From: Candidatus Latescibacterota bacterium
GTDB lineage: Bacteria; Latescibacterota; UBA2968
Length of the DNA stretch: 64,000 bases
Direction of reading: 5' to 3'
Assembly: GCA_965198115.1 (NCBI GenBank)
Contig: OZ240241.1
Location: 448,001 to 512,000, forward strand
In this document: in pieces, positions 22,086-33,342 of the stretch
Layout: every line of letters begins with the position of its first letter
How positions within the stretch are numbered: the stretch's first letter is position 1
Notes under the pieces: model-generated
Databases searched by the model: none
Told to the model about the DNA's origin: nothing
What the model saw: the letters and a program-made list of their open reading frames with translations, nothing else
Program-made: the position numbers and the translations under genes

Positions 22086-23790
22086 ATAAATAAACGGTCG
22101 ATCTCAATGTTGAGCCATTGGCCGGATCGTGTAGTTCCAGTCGCCGTGGAAATCGTGCGGAGTGAGATCGATTTGGGTCATCTGTTCATCGGTCACCTTG
22201 ACCCCGTTAGGGTAGGGTCGCTTGTCGATCTCGGAGCGTACTCGGAGACCGGCTTGAGTGGTCGTTCCGGCAATGAGATTCACGGTTGCAGCCAGGCTGA
22301 CCAGGGGCTTGCCTTGCCAGTTCATAGCGATGAAGGAGAACAGGCGATGTTCGATCTTGTTCCACTTACTAGTGCCAGGAGGGTAGTGGCATACGGTGAT
22401 CGTCAGGCCAGTGCGATTCGCAAAGCGCTGCAGCTCCCACTTCCACAGCCGCGTCTTGGCGCCGTTGCTGCCGCCTGCGTCCGCCGTGATTAGCAGATGC
22501 GTCGAAGTGCCGTAGGCGGGCCGTCCCATGTTCTTCCACCAACTTCGGATCGCATTCACGGCGAAGCTGGCCGTGTCGTGATCGATACCGACACTTACCC
22601 AGCCTTCATCACGGCTCAGATCATACACTCCATAAGGGATCGCCTTGCCCTGAGCAGGCACTATGAAATCGTGTACCTTCACACGCTCCGGGTCTCCCTT
22701 GGGTCGCCATTCTCGGCCAGGATTCTTGAAGTCGCCGATCAACTCTTTCTTCTTGGTGTCCACCGAGATAACGGGAAGGCCCTGCTGCTGCTGCTGGCTA
22801 ATCCGATCATCGAGGTAAACGAACTGAGCGTCCCGATCCGGGTGTGCAGATCCCTCCCTTGTCTTCCGATTCGCCTGCAGCGTGTAATCGTGTTCGTGCA
22901 GGAGATTGGCAACGATCCTGGGGCTCACCGAATGCCCCATCGCTTGCAACTCGGCGGCCAGTTTGCGAGTGCTCTTCGATGTCCATCTCAGAGGATTGTC
23001 GTCAGGCGACCCCGCAGTCGTTGGCTCGACCAGATCATTCAGGTCCTGCCACAGCGTCGGGTCCGTGTCGGCCTTCCGCTTACGACCGCCGCCTGGACGC
23101 CGGATGCGAGCCGGGTCCAAAGGTTCGTCCGACCTCAACTCCTGAATGCCACGAAAGATCCGCTCTCTGGACATTCCTGTCGCCAGAGCCACAATCGCGA
23201 TCCCACCGTGACCCAACGCTTCGGCTTCCGTGGCGGCCCACAGACGACGCGTGCGTTCCGTCAGCACCGGAGCCAAGGCTTCATACTTCGTTCGGAGAGT
23301 TTCGACGTCCACACTCCGAGCGTAAGATCATTACCTTGAAAAGTGCAGCACTTATTTCGTGGCAAACCCTTAATCTGGACGTTCTGTATGTTCTGCAATT
23401 TCAAAGCCGGGAGATTTCTCACTTTACAGGGGAGTGTTTTCCTCTTTCGAAGCCTTCCGAATAACCTTCGCTTCCTACACGTAGAGAAACTCGATTTTAA
23501 ATCGCCGATCTTTTCTGATCCGACTTCAAGTCGAGTTTTCGACGATCGTCCGTCTATGGGCTTTACAAGCTGTTTTCCAAATTAACGGGTTGTGAACAAT
23601 CTCCTGAAGATAAATACTGGACCGTTGATCCTGCACCCCCGGATTCCTCTCAGAGTGCTATAGGCCACTAAATTCGGGCGATCTCAGACGAAGGCGTGAC
23701 GGCCTTTTCTACCAATCATCATCACGAGCCCCAGCTCTCTTCACTGAGTTGGGGTTTTTCAGTCTCCGTAATCCCCTCCATCAGCCGTGC

Positions 23791-23827
23791 TTGCCCGCCG
23801 TTCCTCGCCGTCGCATCTTGGGTTGCG
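23791..23827 (+). promoter_or_regulatory. Putative sigma70-like promoter directly upstream of the start codon
   Basis: TTGCCC-17 nt-CATCTT-8 nt-ATG, conserved at 33306..33342; no SD sequence. Confidence 0.4.
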
Positions 23828-26800
23828 ATGCGCACCTATGCCACCATCCTCTGCCTGCTGCTGACGGTCCCGGCTCTCGCCGTGGACACGCTCCAGGTCA
23901 CGACACCCGATCCAGTGCTGGAGGCGTGGCGGTGGACCGAGTTCGACAGAAGCAACGGGCTGATCGGGAGAGTTCGCGATGTTCATGAGGACAGGGATGG
24001 CGCAATCTGGTTTGCGACCGACCGCGGAGTGAACCGGTATAGCGGCTACGGCTGGACGTCCTACTCGCCCCCTTATCGGTTGACCGGCGTGAGCGCAGTC
24101 TACCAGACACGTAACGGACAGATGTGGTTCGGGACATCGCGAGAAGGAGTTCACCGTCTCGATCCAGAGGTTAACGAGTGGACAACCTACACAAGGCAGG
24201 AAGGCCTCGGCAGCAACTTTGTGTCGCGCTCGGCATTGATGCAGGCCCGAGACGGCACGCTGTGGGTTGGCCACCGCAGATCCTCCTCTGCATCCGACGG
24301 CACCGAGACTGCGATCAGCCGATTCGATGGTCAGTCCTGGTCAACACTGAGCTTTCCTATTGGCCCCCCCAATCCAAGTGTTCGCGATATCCTGCAGGCT
24401 ACGGACGGTTCGATTTGGGTTACGACGACAGAGGGTCTCCTGTCCTTTGATGGAATGGACTGGGAGCGATACACGGCCGAAGATGGTCTTCCACGCAACA
24501 GCGCCTATCAGATTCTGGAGGCTCGGAACGGGGATTTCTGGTTTGCATTCGGATCGGCGGGAATCGCCAGATTCGACGGCAGGGCGTGGACGGTCTATCG
24601 GGATGGTGAAGATCTTCTGGGAGGTGGGTCGATCTGGTCACTTTGGCAGACAGCTGATGGCGCGATCTGGGCCGGTGGCTCCCCCGACCGCCTCTATGTT
24701 TTTAGAGACGGTAAGTGGTCGACCGACGCATTCAGCCTGTTCGCGCGGAGTTCCAAACGTTTGTCAGGTCAGTCTACCCGGGATGGAACGATGTGGGTTT
24801 TCGCCGGAGACAGGGCGTGGCGATTCGACGCCACTTCGGGACGGTGGACCGTCTACAACGGTGTTCCGCCTCCACCGACTAACAGAAACCTGGAATTGGC
24901 CTCGGACTTTGCTTTCGCCACCGGAGAGGACCTCTGGTTTGGTGTCGAAGACGGTGCTGTACGATACGACGGTGAGTCCTGGATGCACTACACCGTTGAG
25001 GACGGTCTGATTGAGGGCCACGTCTCGACTGTTCTCGAGGGAAAGGACGGCGCTATTTGGGTCGCGGGTCAACACTTGGGACAAAGTGGGGCAGCGCGTT
25101 TCGATGGCGTGACCTGGCGAGTGTTCTCCCAGGAAGATGGGCTCGTCGGGAAGAACATTCACACCGGTTTCGTGGCTGATAACGGGGATATGTGGTTCGG
25201 CACGAAATTCCGCAGTCAATGGGGAAGCGCGCACGGGGCAATTCGATTCGACGGTGAGTCCTGGATGGTCTACACAGAGGAAGGCGGGCTGATCCACAAC
25301 ATGATCTACGACATCGTTCAGACGCCCGATGGCGCGATCTGGTTCGCTACGCTGCGCGGACTCAGCCGCTTCGATGGACAAACGTGGACGAGTTTTACGC
25401 CGGCGGAAGGAGGTGCGCGTAGTCAGAAGATCTCATCCCTGGGTGTCGATCAGCGCGGCGTGCTCTGGATTGGGCACGGCGAACAGGCCGAAGGGGTCAC
25501 ATCCTTCGACGGTGAGTCCTGGACGCGTCATACAAGTGGGTTCAGGCTGATCAATTCAGTCTGGAAAATCTATGCGGCCCAAAACGGCGTGCTTTGGTTT
25601 GGCACGAACGGTGGGTTGGTGCGGTTCGACGGCAGTGCCTGGTTCGGATTCCGTCCCGACGAACTCCCCCTGCCCCCGGTAACGGCCATACACGGGATCA
25701 CGGAGTCGACTGACGGAAGCATCTGGCTCCGAAGTTTCGGTTCTGGCGTTCTCAGAATGAAACCGGATCGCACGCCACCCGGCACGGCATTGGAACCGGT
25801 GAGCAAGGAAATCTCCTCAGCAGGGAACCTCCAGCTGAAGTGGACGGGCGGCGATCTCTGGAACGAGACGGAACTGGAAGACCTACGATATCAATGGCGG
25901 CTGGATGACGAAGTGTGGGCACCAGCGTCTGAGAGAACTGAAATCACACTCACGGGCATGTCGTCTGGTCAACACACCTTCGAGGTCCGCTCGGTCGACA
26001 AATACTCGAATGTTGATCCTTCCCCCGCAGTCCACGCCTTCATCGTCGAAGCACCTTGGTGGCGCAACCCCGCTGTGGCAGGACCTGGGCTTTTGCTCAT
26101 CATCGGCATCCTCTTCCAGTCAGCCCGCGTCGTGAAAGGCAAGCAGAAGCTACAGGAATCGGTGGATGCCCTCTCATCGGCCAACAATGAACTGTTTCAG
26201 GTCAACCGCGACCTTGAGTCTGTCAACGTGGACCTCCAGCGCGAGCAGGTGCTGGAGCGGCTGCGGGGTCAGGCGCAGGGGATGCAGTCGAGCGAGGACA
26301 TAGGGCCAGTTGTGGAGGCGGTGTATCGGGAGTTGCGTGGGCTTGGGTTGCCACTGCTTTCTTCGGCAATCAACATACACCTCTCAGAAACGGAGAACAA
26401 AAAGTGGACCACCTCCGAAGACGGTCGAGTTCTTGAGCCGTACATCCAGAATTCCTCTGGCACAGGTCCGGTCAGCCAAGCTCGACGACGTGGCGATGAG
26501 TACTGGCACTCCCATCGGGAAGGTGAGGAAGCCAAAGAGTACCTGCACCGGACCATCGAGGGAGGCAACCCGCGATGGCAGGGCATTCCAGAAGAGCGGT
26601 GGCCGCAAGAGCTTGATTCTTACGTTGTTTTCTTTGGGAAAAGCGGTGTCGTTGTCTCTTCGGAAGAACCCATCGCCGAAGAGTACCTGATGCTCATCAA
26701 GCGGTTCGGCGAAGTCTTCGGATATGCCCATTCGCGACACCAGAAACTTCAGCAGAAGGAAGCGCAGAACAGGCGACTGGTCGTCGAGGCTGCCGTCCAG

Positions 26801-27977
26801 CATCTGCGCGCCGAAGTGCAGTCGATGGACGAAGCGAGTGACTTTGAACGCATCCTGTCGCTGCTGACCGAGAGCCTGAAGACGGTCGAACTTACCTTCG
26901 ACGGCTGCGGCATCGACGTGCTCGATGAACCCGTCGAGCATCCCACGATGGAATACTTCAGGGACGTGGGATTCCGATATACCGCCTACCGATTGGACCC
27001 TCAGGGAACGGTCACGGCGGAGTCGCCTCACGTTCCCGCCCCTTTCCCCGACGTTATCCAGCAGACCATCGAGCGGTTCATCGCGGGGGAGCCGTGGCAG
27101 GGCACCAGCGAAGGCCAGGCAATCGTGGAGGTCCCTGCGGGTGCCTACGGTCGCCTGCGCCTCACCGCGTCCGAGCGTGATAGCTTCACCGAGGACGAAG
27201 TCGCCACCCTCCGCGAGTTCGCCGATGCCGTCGCCCTCGGCTACGCCCGTTACCTCGGACATCCGAGAAATCCAATTGAACACGGAGCGCAAATCGGAGT
27301 TCCTCGCGTCGATGTCGCATGAATTTCGTACCCCGATGAACGCCATCAAGGGGTTTACCAACCTGGTACTTCGGCGGATGGGTGCTGACATGCCCGACCA
27401 GCATCGTGAGAACCTGGAGAAGGTTGACCACGCATCCGACCACCTTCTCACGATGATCAACGATCTACTCGACCTGTCAAAGATCGAGGCAGGTAGGATG
27501 GACGTGAACCCCGAGCGGTTCGATGTGGGCGAACTGGTCACGTCGGCGTGTGACACGGTCAGCCCCCTGATACAGGAGGGCGTGGAGCTATGCCAGGACG
27601 TGGACGAGCACATCGGCGCGGCGAACACGGACAAGGCTCGGCTCCAGCAGATGGTCATCAACCTGCTGTCGAACGCCATCAAGTTCACCGACAGCGGCAG
27701 TGTGACCGTGAATGCGAGCACGGAAGACGGCCAGCTGGTCGTGTCAGTGTCCGACACCGGCAAGGGCATTCCCGCGTACGAGCTGCCGACCATCTTCGAC
27801 GAATACCGTCAGGCTGAAGGGTCTGAGAGCAGCGTGCAGAAGGGAACCGGGCTGGGGCTGTCAATTACGAAGAAGTTTGCGGAGTTGCTGGGCGGGACCA
27901 TCGGCGCGGAGAGCGAGGTGGGAGAGGGCAGCACGTTTACGGTTCGGGTGCCTGTGGAATACACGGACGGAACCTGA
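23828..27977 (+). CDS. Beta-propeller (Reg_prop)/Y_Y_Y membrane sensor histidine kinase; apparent +1 frameshift near 27257
   Basis: Signal peptide, many DG.IW(F/V)..G..RFDG repeats, YYY domain and TM helix. After the shift: FLASMSHEFRTPMNAI, NLLSNAIKFT and GTGLGLSI. Confidence 0.88.
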
Positions 27978-28088
27978 TCCTCATCTGTATTCGGGCCGTT
28001 GTGGCAACCTCTGGACGCCACGCGCCAAAATTGGGAAACCGGAATTCGTTCCTTTGTTTGTCGTCCGTAGATCGCACGGAGATACACA

Positions 28089-29006
28089 ATGGATATCCTT
28101 TGGCTCGGTGAAGAAACCTGTCACGACGTTACCCTGACCGGGGGCAAGGCCGCCAGCCTGAGCCTTCTTTCTTCTCGCTTCCGCGTGCAGCCCGGGTTCT
28201 GCGTGACAACCTCTGCCTTCCGCAAGTGGAGGGGCGACGGCGTTACGACGTGTCCGGAGGATTTGAACAAACTGTTGGGAACCGCCTGGGACCGGCTCGA
28301 GAGCGATTGCGAAGGAGCTTGCAGGGTGGCTGTCCGTTCGTCGGCCGTGGATGAGGACGGACAGCAGGCGTCGTTCGCCGGTCAGTATGAGACGTTTCTG
28401 AACATAGAGAGCATCGAGGCTCTCGCGGATGCTGTCGTGCGATGCTGGGCCTCCGCCGAAACCGAGCGAGCCATCCACTATCGGGAGACACGTGCAGAGG
28501 GGGACGGGAAGGGGGGACTGGCCGTGCTCGTACAGCGATTGGTTCAGGCCGACGTGTCCGTCGTTGCCTTCAGTGCCAATCCGGTTACCGGCAGTCGGGA
28601 TGAGGTGGTGGTCAACTCAGCGTGGGGGCTTGGCGAGAGCGTGGTAGGGGGGACGGTCACTCCAGACACGTTCATCGTGAGGAAGAAAGACATGGATGTT
28701 GCGGACAAGGCCCGCATGACGGTATCGATTTCGGGTGGCACGGAAGAAGTCAACGTGCCTGGATTCATGCGAAAGAGTCCATCTCTCGATTTAGACTGGG
28801 TCACCGAAATCGCACAGTTGGCACTGGATCTGGAGAAGCAGTTCGACTACCCAGTCGACATCGAGTGCGCTGTTGCCGACGGAGAGCTTCATCTCCTGCA
28901 ATGCCGGCCTATCACAACAGTCCGATTTCAGAGAATGTCCATTATTTCACGCTGCAGAAGTTCGATCGTTAGCCACGACATTTCGGAAAGACTCGATGGC
29001 AAATGA
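28089..29006 (+). CDS. Stand-alone PEP/pyruvate-binding (PPDK_N, ATP-grasp) domain protein
   Basis: GGKAASL, AVRSSAVDED..SFAGQYETFLN, WGLGESVVGG.VTPD and DIE..LLQCRPITT motifs. Confidence 0.85.
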   Translation: MDILWLGEETCHDVTLTGGKAASLSLLSSRFRVQPGFCVTTSAFRKWRGDGVTTCPEDLNKLLGTAWDRLESDCEGACRVAVRSSAVDEDGQQASFAGQYETFLNIESIEALADAVVRCWASAETERAIHYRETRAEGDGKGGLAVLVQRLVQADVSVVAFSANPVTGSRDEVVVNSAWGLGESVVGGTVTPDTFIVRKKDMDVADKARMTVSISGGTEEVNVPGFMRKSPSLDLDWVTEIAQLALDLEKQFDYPVDIECAVADGELHLLQCRPITTVRFQRMSIISRCRSSIVSHDISERLDGK

Positions 29007-29135
29007 ACACGCCCCACCGGAACCCAAGCCCATTCCCGATCCGCCCGATTTCCCGGTGACGTGGGAGAGGACGTAGTGCCTGAAGAGAAGAAAGCTCGAA
29101 CCCCCATTCCGGTCCCGGATAACTTTCCCGTTTCG
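28996..29135 (+). pseudogene. Two fused N-terminal stubs of probable partner PEP-utilising genes
   Basis: MANEHAPPEPKPIPDPPDFPVTWE followed by VPEEKKARTPIPVPDNFPV; both carry a PIP.P..FPV motif. Confidence 0.45.
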
Positions 29136-29139
29136 GGGG

Positions 29140-29332
29140 AGTAGGTCTGTTCGCTGACGCCAAGCTCACGCGAGACCTCGCCGACCGTCTTGCCTTCCGA
29201 TATACGAATCTCTGCCTGACGGAGATGTCCGATGATCTGCTCCGCTGTGTATCGCTTCCTGGCCATTCGGCCCCCTTTCTATGTTCCGATATCCTAACTT
29301 TAGGAATGGGAACAATCCAGGGGGGCAGGTCA
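29140..29332 (-). mobile_element. IS3-family left end and orfA fragment
   Basis: Starts TGACCTGCCCCC on the minus strand; MARKRYTAEQIIGHLRQAE..GVSEQTY. Confidence 0.85.
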
Positions 29333-29344
29333 AGGTTGCCAGGG

Positions 29345-29764
29345 ACACTTCGGTGCTCTCACGACCCACGCATTCGACCGCCCGTCCTGTGGTTCACGGT
29401 GCAGATGGCGCTCAGCGATATCGATTCGATAGAGCACGGACCGACCCAGTATGTTCCGGGCAGTCACTTTTCGGGTAAAGATCCCAACAATCAGGAAAGG
29501 CCGGAGTTCGAAGGACGCGGCCCCGTCTCCATCTTCTGCAAAGCGGGAGACATCTACCTGCAGGACCCGCAGTGCTGGCATCGGGGCGCGCCGAACACGT
29601 CTGACAGAACACGATATCTCATGCAGTCCCAGTATGCCGTCAACTGGGCCTACCGTCGTTTCGGCTGGATGAATCGAGTCCCCGTTCCGGAAAAAGAACT
29701 GCCGTCGGCAAGCAGCCGTCTGCTCGAAATGCTGGGCGGGAGACACGCTGAACCTTCGAAGTAG
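29345..29764 (+). pseudogene. Phytanoyl-CoA dioxygenase (PhyH) family, C-terminal fragment
   Basis: GPTQYVPGSH and KAGD..WHRGAPNTSDRTR motifs; 5' end lost at the IS3 junction. Confidence 0.75.
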
Positions 29765-29802
29765 GTTGAGAACTCACGCATCGCAAAACCATGGGAGCCT
29801 AC

Positions 29803-30882
29803 ATGAAAATCACCAAGATCGAAGCCCATCAGATCGAAACCCCCCGCATCAGCGGCACCATCTCCGGTCACGTCATCGTCAAAGTCCACGTCGACGACGG
29901 TCCCATCGGCCTGGGCGAAGCCTCTGACAGCAAGTGCAGCGACCTTGCCGCCGTCGTCCACCAGTACAACGACCTTCTCGTCGGTCGTGACCCCACCCGC
30001 ATCACCGAGATCAACGAATTCCTCGGCACCCATAGTTTCGAGAGCACCGTCTCCAACAACCATCTCGTCTCCGCCATCGACCTGGCCCTCTACGACCTCA
30101 ACGGCAAGGTGCTGGATGTACCCGTCTACAGGCTCCTGGGCGGGAAATTCCGGGACAAGATCTACTGCTGTTTCCCAACGTGGGGTGGGGCGGTCAAACA
30201 GGACTACGAAGCAACGGCCGGCTACCTGCAGCGCCTCGTCGACCACGGCCACCACCTCTTCCGCTTTTACATTTCGGGAGACGACGCCGAATTCGACAAC
30301 CGCTTTCTCACGGACATGTTCTCCCGCTTTGGGGAGAAGATCCGCCTCAAACAGATCGACTTTTCCGGCCGCTTTTCGGACTGGAATACTGCGCTTCGTT
30401 ACGCCGACGTCCTCCGCCACCACAACCCGTTTCACTTCGAGCAGCCATCCTGGGACCTCCGGGTATGCGCCGAATTCACCCAGCGGATGGACCTCCCTGT
30501 CAGCCTCCACACGGGTAGTCTGGAGCGTGGTCTGGAGTCCATCGAGCGCGGTGCCTGCACAGCCTTCAACCTGTGCAACATCTTCCGCGGTCCCACCTAC
30601 GTCCGCCGCCTCTACGCCCTGGCCGAGTCCGCCGGCATCTTCTGCACGATCGGCACCGACCAGGAATCGACCCTCGGCATCGCGGGCCAGCTCCACCTGG
30701 GGGCCTCCATGCCCAACCTGAATCTTCCGTGCGACCCCATGGGCCCAATGCTCTACACCGCGTCGCCAGCAAAAGAACGCATCCACGCCGAAGGGTCTTA
30801 CCTCACCGTCCCTGAGGGCCCCGGCCTCGGTGTCGAGCTCGACGATGAGAAAATGGCCGCTATCACCGTTGCATCAGCCTAA
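29803..30882 (+). CDS. Enolase-superfamily protein, divergent RxY type
   Basis: MKITKIE start, AIDLALYDLNGK, FRFY, IDFSG, FEQP, GTDQE and PEGPGLGVELD motifs. Confidence 0.88.
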   Translation: MKITKIEAHQIETPRISGTISGHVIVKVHVDDGPIGLGEASDSKCSDLAAVVHQYNDLLVGRDPTRITEINEFLGTHSFESTVSNNHLVSAIDLALYDLNGKVLDVPVYRLLGGKFRDKIYCCFPTWGGAVKQDYEATAGYLQRLVDHGHHLFRFYISGDDAEFDNRFLTDMFSRFGEKIRLKQIDFSGRFSDWNTALRYADVLRHHNPFHFEQPSWDLRVCAEFTQRMDLPVSLHTGSLERGLESIERGACTAFNLCNIFRGPTYVRRLYALAESAGIFCTIGTDQESTLGIAGQLHLGASMPNLNLPCDPMGPMLYTASPAKERIHAEGSYLTVPEGPGLGVELDDEKMAAITVASA

Positions 30883-30962
30883 TCAAGGGTGAACCCGACT
30901 ATGGATTTTCCTCGCCCTGTCGGCTCCATCTTCGGAGCGTGTCCACTTCTGGCTTTCACCCG

Positions 30963-32746
30963 ATGAATCCAGTCCTCATCGAAGCCAGCAACCTTGTGCC
31001 GCCACCCTCGTGGGCGCTGATCCAACGCGAGCTGCTCTCCTTCATGGAGGAGGCCGCACTCTACGCCGCGGAAAAGTACAACAGGCCGGACGGCACCCCT
31101 TGAACGTTCAGGACGCGGACGACGCATACGAAGCTCACTCCTATCGTGGGCTGTTTTACGCGCTGGGGGCAAGCGATCGGATCCGGAAGCTTGCCCTCGA
31201 TCAGTGGAACGCCATCACCCGCCTCTACGACGACGCATCGGAAGGTGTCGGCCATCCTGCATTCAAAGTCCAGCTACACGACGAGTATTATTTCGACAAC
31301 GACTGGTTCCACATGGGTGAGGGCAACCAGACCTTCTACAGTCTCGGCCTTGTCGACCTCAGAGACCCCGACTATGTCCGTCGAGCACGTCGCTTCGCCG
31401 ACCTGTATTTGGGAGAGAATCTCGAGTGTGCCAACTACGATCCGGACCACCGTGTCATCCGCTCCCCATTCCACGGCAGCACCGGCCCGATTCACCACGC
31501 TGACCTGGAACGGGTTAAGATCGCCCTCGATCCGGTCTATCGCCCTGGCGGGATACCCCGTGGTCACGCCCAACGTGCCAATATGCACCCGCTGGTGGTC
31601 GACCTGGAAGAGGATTGGTACGAAGACCTCGAAAGAAGGCAGGAGATCTGCCGTCTCTTCGACGAGGTGGTGCTCCACACCGACATCCCCGACAATCTCG
31701 CCTGCACCGCTCTGGTGACGAGTGTCTACCTGTGCACCGGCGAAGAAGACTACAAGAAGTGGGTCCTCGACTATACCGAGGCGTGGATGGAGAGAACCCG
31801 CACGAACGACGGCATCATCCCCGACAACGTCGGCCCCACCGGCAAGATCGGAGAGGGTCGCAACGGACAGTGGTGGGGGGGGTGGTACGGCTGGAACAGC
31901 CGTAATTCGGCGCGCAACGCTTTTCTGGCCGCCACCATCGCCGGGGAATGCTGTGTACTCCTGACGGGTGATTTCCAGTATCTGGACCTGATCCGTTCCC
32001 AGGTCGAGCTCTTGCTGGATCTGTCGAAGACGCGCGAGGACGGGCAGCTCCTCGTGCCCACGCGGATGACGCCCGATGGCTACGGTCGGTGGCGCTTTCC
32101 ACTTCGTTCCAGTCGCGCTCCCTGTCACCATCCCTCACCCTCACGTTTTCAGTACTACGACGGTCAGAATCCGGACTGGCCGGTAAAGCGGCTGGAGGCC
32201 GAATACCGCTTCGTCTCGGCTATCTACGAACACATGCGCCTTGACACGCGGGACGAGGCTGCCATCGTCAAGGAGAGCCTCTGGCCACCGAATCCGGTTG
32301 TTGTGAAGGGTCTGGTCCAGGTGACGATGGGTTCACCACAACCGATCTACAACGGCGGGCTGCTCCGTGCCCAGGTGCGTTATTTCGACGGTGAAAGCGG
32401 CCGTCCCGGCTTGCCCGAAGACGTGGCTGCACTGGTCGACGCGCTTGCCTCGGACCGGGTTGGCATCCAGCTTCACAACCTCAGCGGTTCGGAAACCCGA
32501 ACGGTCCTGGTCCAGGCCGGAGCGTTCGGCGAGCACGGTTTTCTGGACATTGGGTTCGAGACCGAGAGCCGGGAAGGTCTGGACCGTCACGCTGCCCTGT
32601 GGCTCAGAGACCAAAAGCCGTGGACGAAACGCCAGGTCCGGGTGGACGATCGCAGTTTCGCGGTGCGGCTACCTCCCTCGACGAGTATCCGTCTGCGCTG
32701 CGGCCTGCGCCGATTCGCACACGATCCCTCTTGCCAGACGGCGTAA
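30963..32746 (+). pseudogene. Conserved hypothetical protein, frameshift near 31100 and probable internal deletion
   Basis: MNPVLIEA..PPSWALIQRELL..PDGTP continues in another frame as DDAYE..DWFHMGEG..QWWGGWYGW..RPGLPEDVAALV. Confidence 0.6.
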
Positions 32747-32980
32747 TGCTATGGGATGGGCGTCCTCACAGGTTGAGCTGATCCGCAAAGGCCGCAAGTT
32801 GGCCTCAGCCTGTTGGGCTATGGGTTCCAGGGTCTCCGAACTGACTTTTGTCTTCTGAATCCTCTCGTCCTCATTCGTCACCAGACAGAAGTTCAGGTTC
32901 TGCCTCCTCTGGCGTACTACAAACGAACACCTGAAACACGCCGCCGCAGGCTCAGTCCACTGTCCACTGTCCACCGAATT

Positions 32981-33021
32981 GAGAAGGCGCCCCATCGGCA
33001 TTGCCGAGAGGGCGCTTTTTC
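32981..33021. terminator. GC-rich hairpin with T-tract, putative intrinsic terminator
   Basis: gagaaggcgccc-catcggcattgccgaga-gggcgctttttc. Confidence 0.55.
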
Positions 33022-33342
33022 ATAGTCATATGGTGACCCCGAGGGGAGTCGCTTGAAAAGCACCCTTCCGATCGTCCGCATCGAGATCGTCCTGGTCCCT
33101 GGCAGCAATGTGAAACGAGTGACTGAAATCGTCTGGCCCAGCTACTTGTCCCAGGAGAAATCGATCGCCTGATTGCAGAAGCCGAGCGTTGACCCTTGCT
33201 GGGACCAATTTCTGCACACGCTGCCGAACACCCGAAAGAAGATCCCATCAACCTCGAGTCGATGGGATTCCCCAGACGCCGCCTAATCCCCTCCATCAGC
33301 CGCGCTTGCCCGCCGTTCATCGCAATCGCATCTTGGGTTGCG

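Larger units (their letters stand above)
19221..23370 (-). mobile_element. ISAzo13-family IS (transposase 22104..23312) carrying an ISL3 dimer in its terminal repeat
   Basis: ISVDTKKKE, LITADAGGSN and PPGTSKWNKIEHRLFS motifs. Ends GGGTTCGGAATAAATAA / TTATTTCGTGGCAAACCCT, flanked by TAA (the left TAA is the upstream gene's stop codon). Confidence 0.9.

Noticed and set aside
32875-32920. tRNA-like fragment (CAGGTTC..CCT)
   Set aside because: No canonical T-loop, cloverleaf or CCA end.
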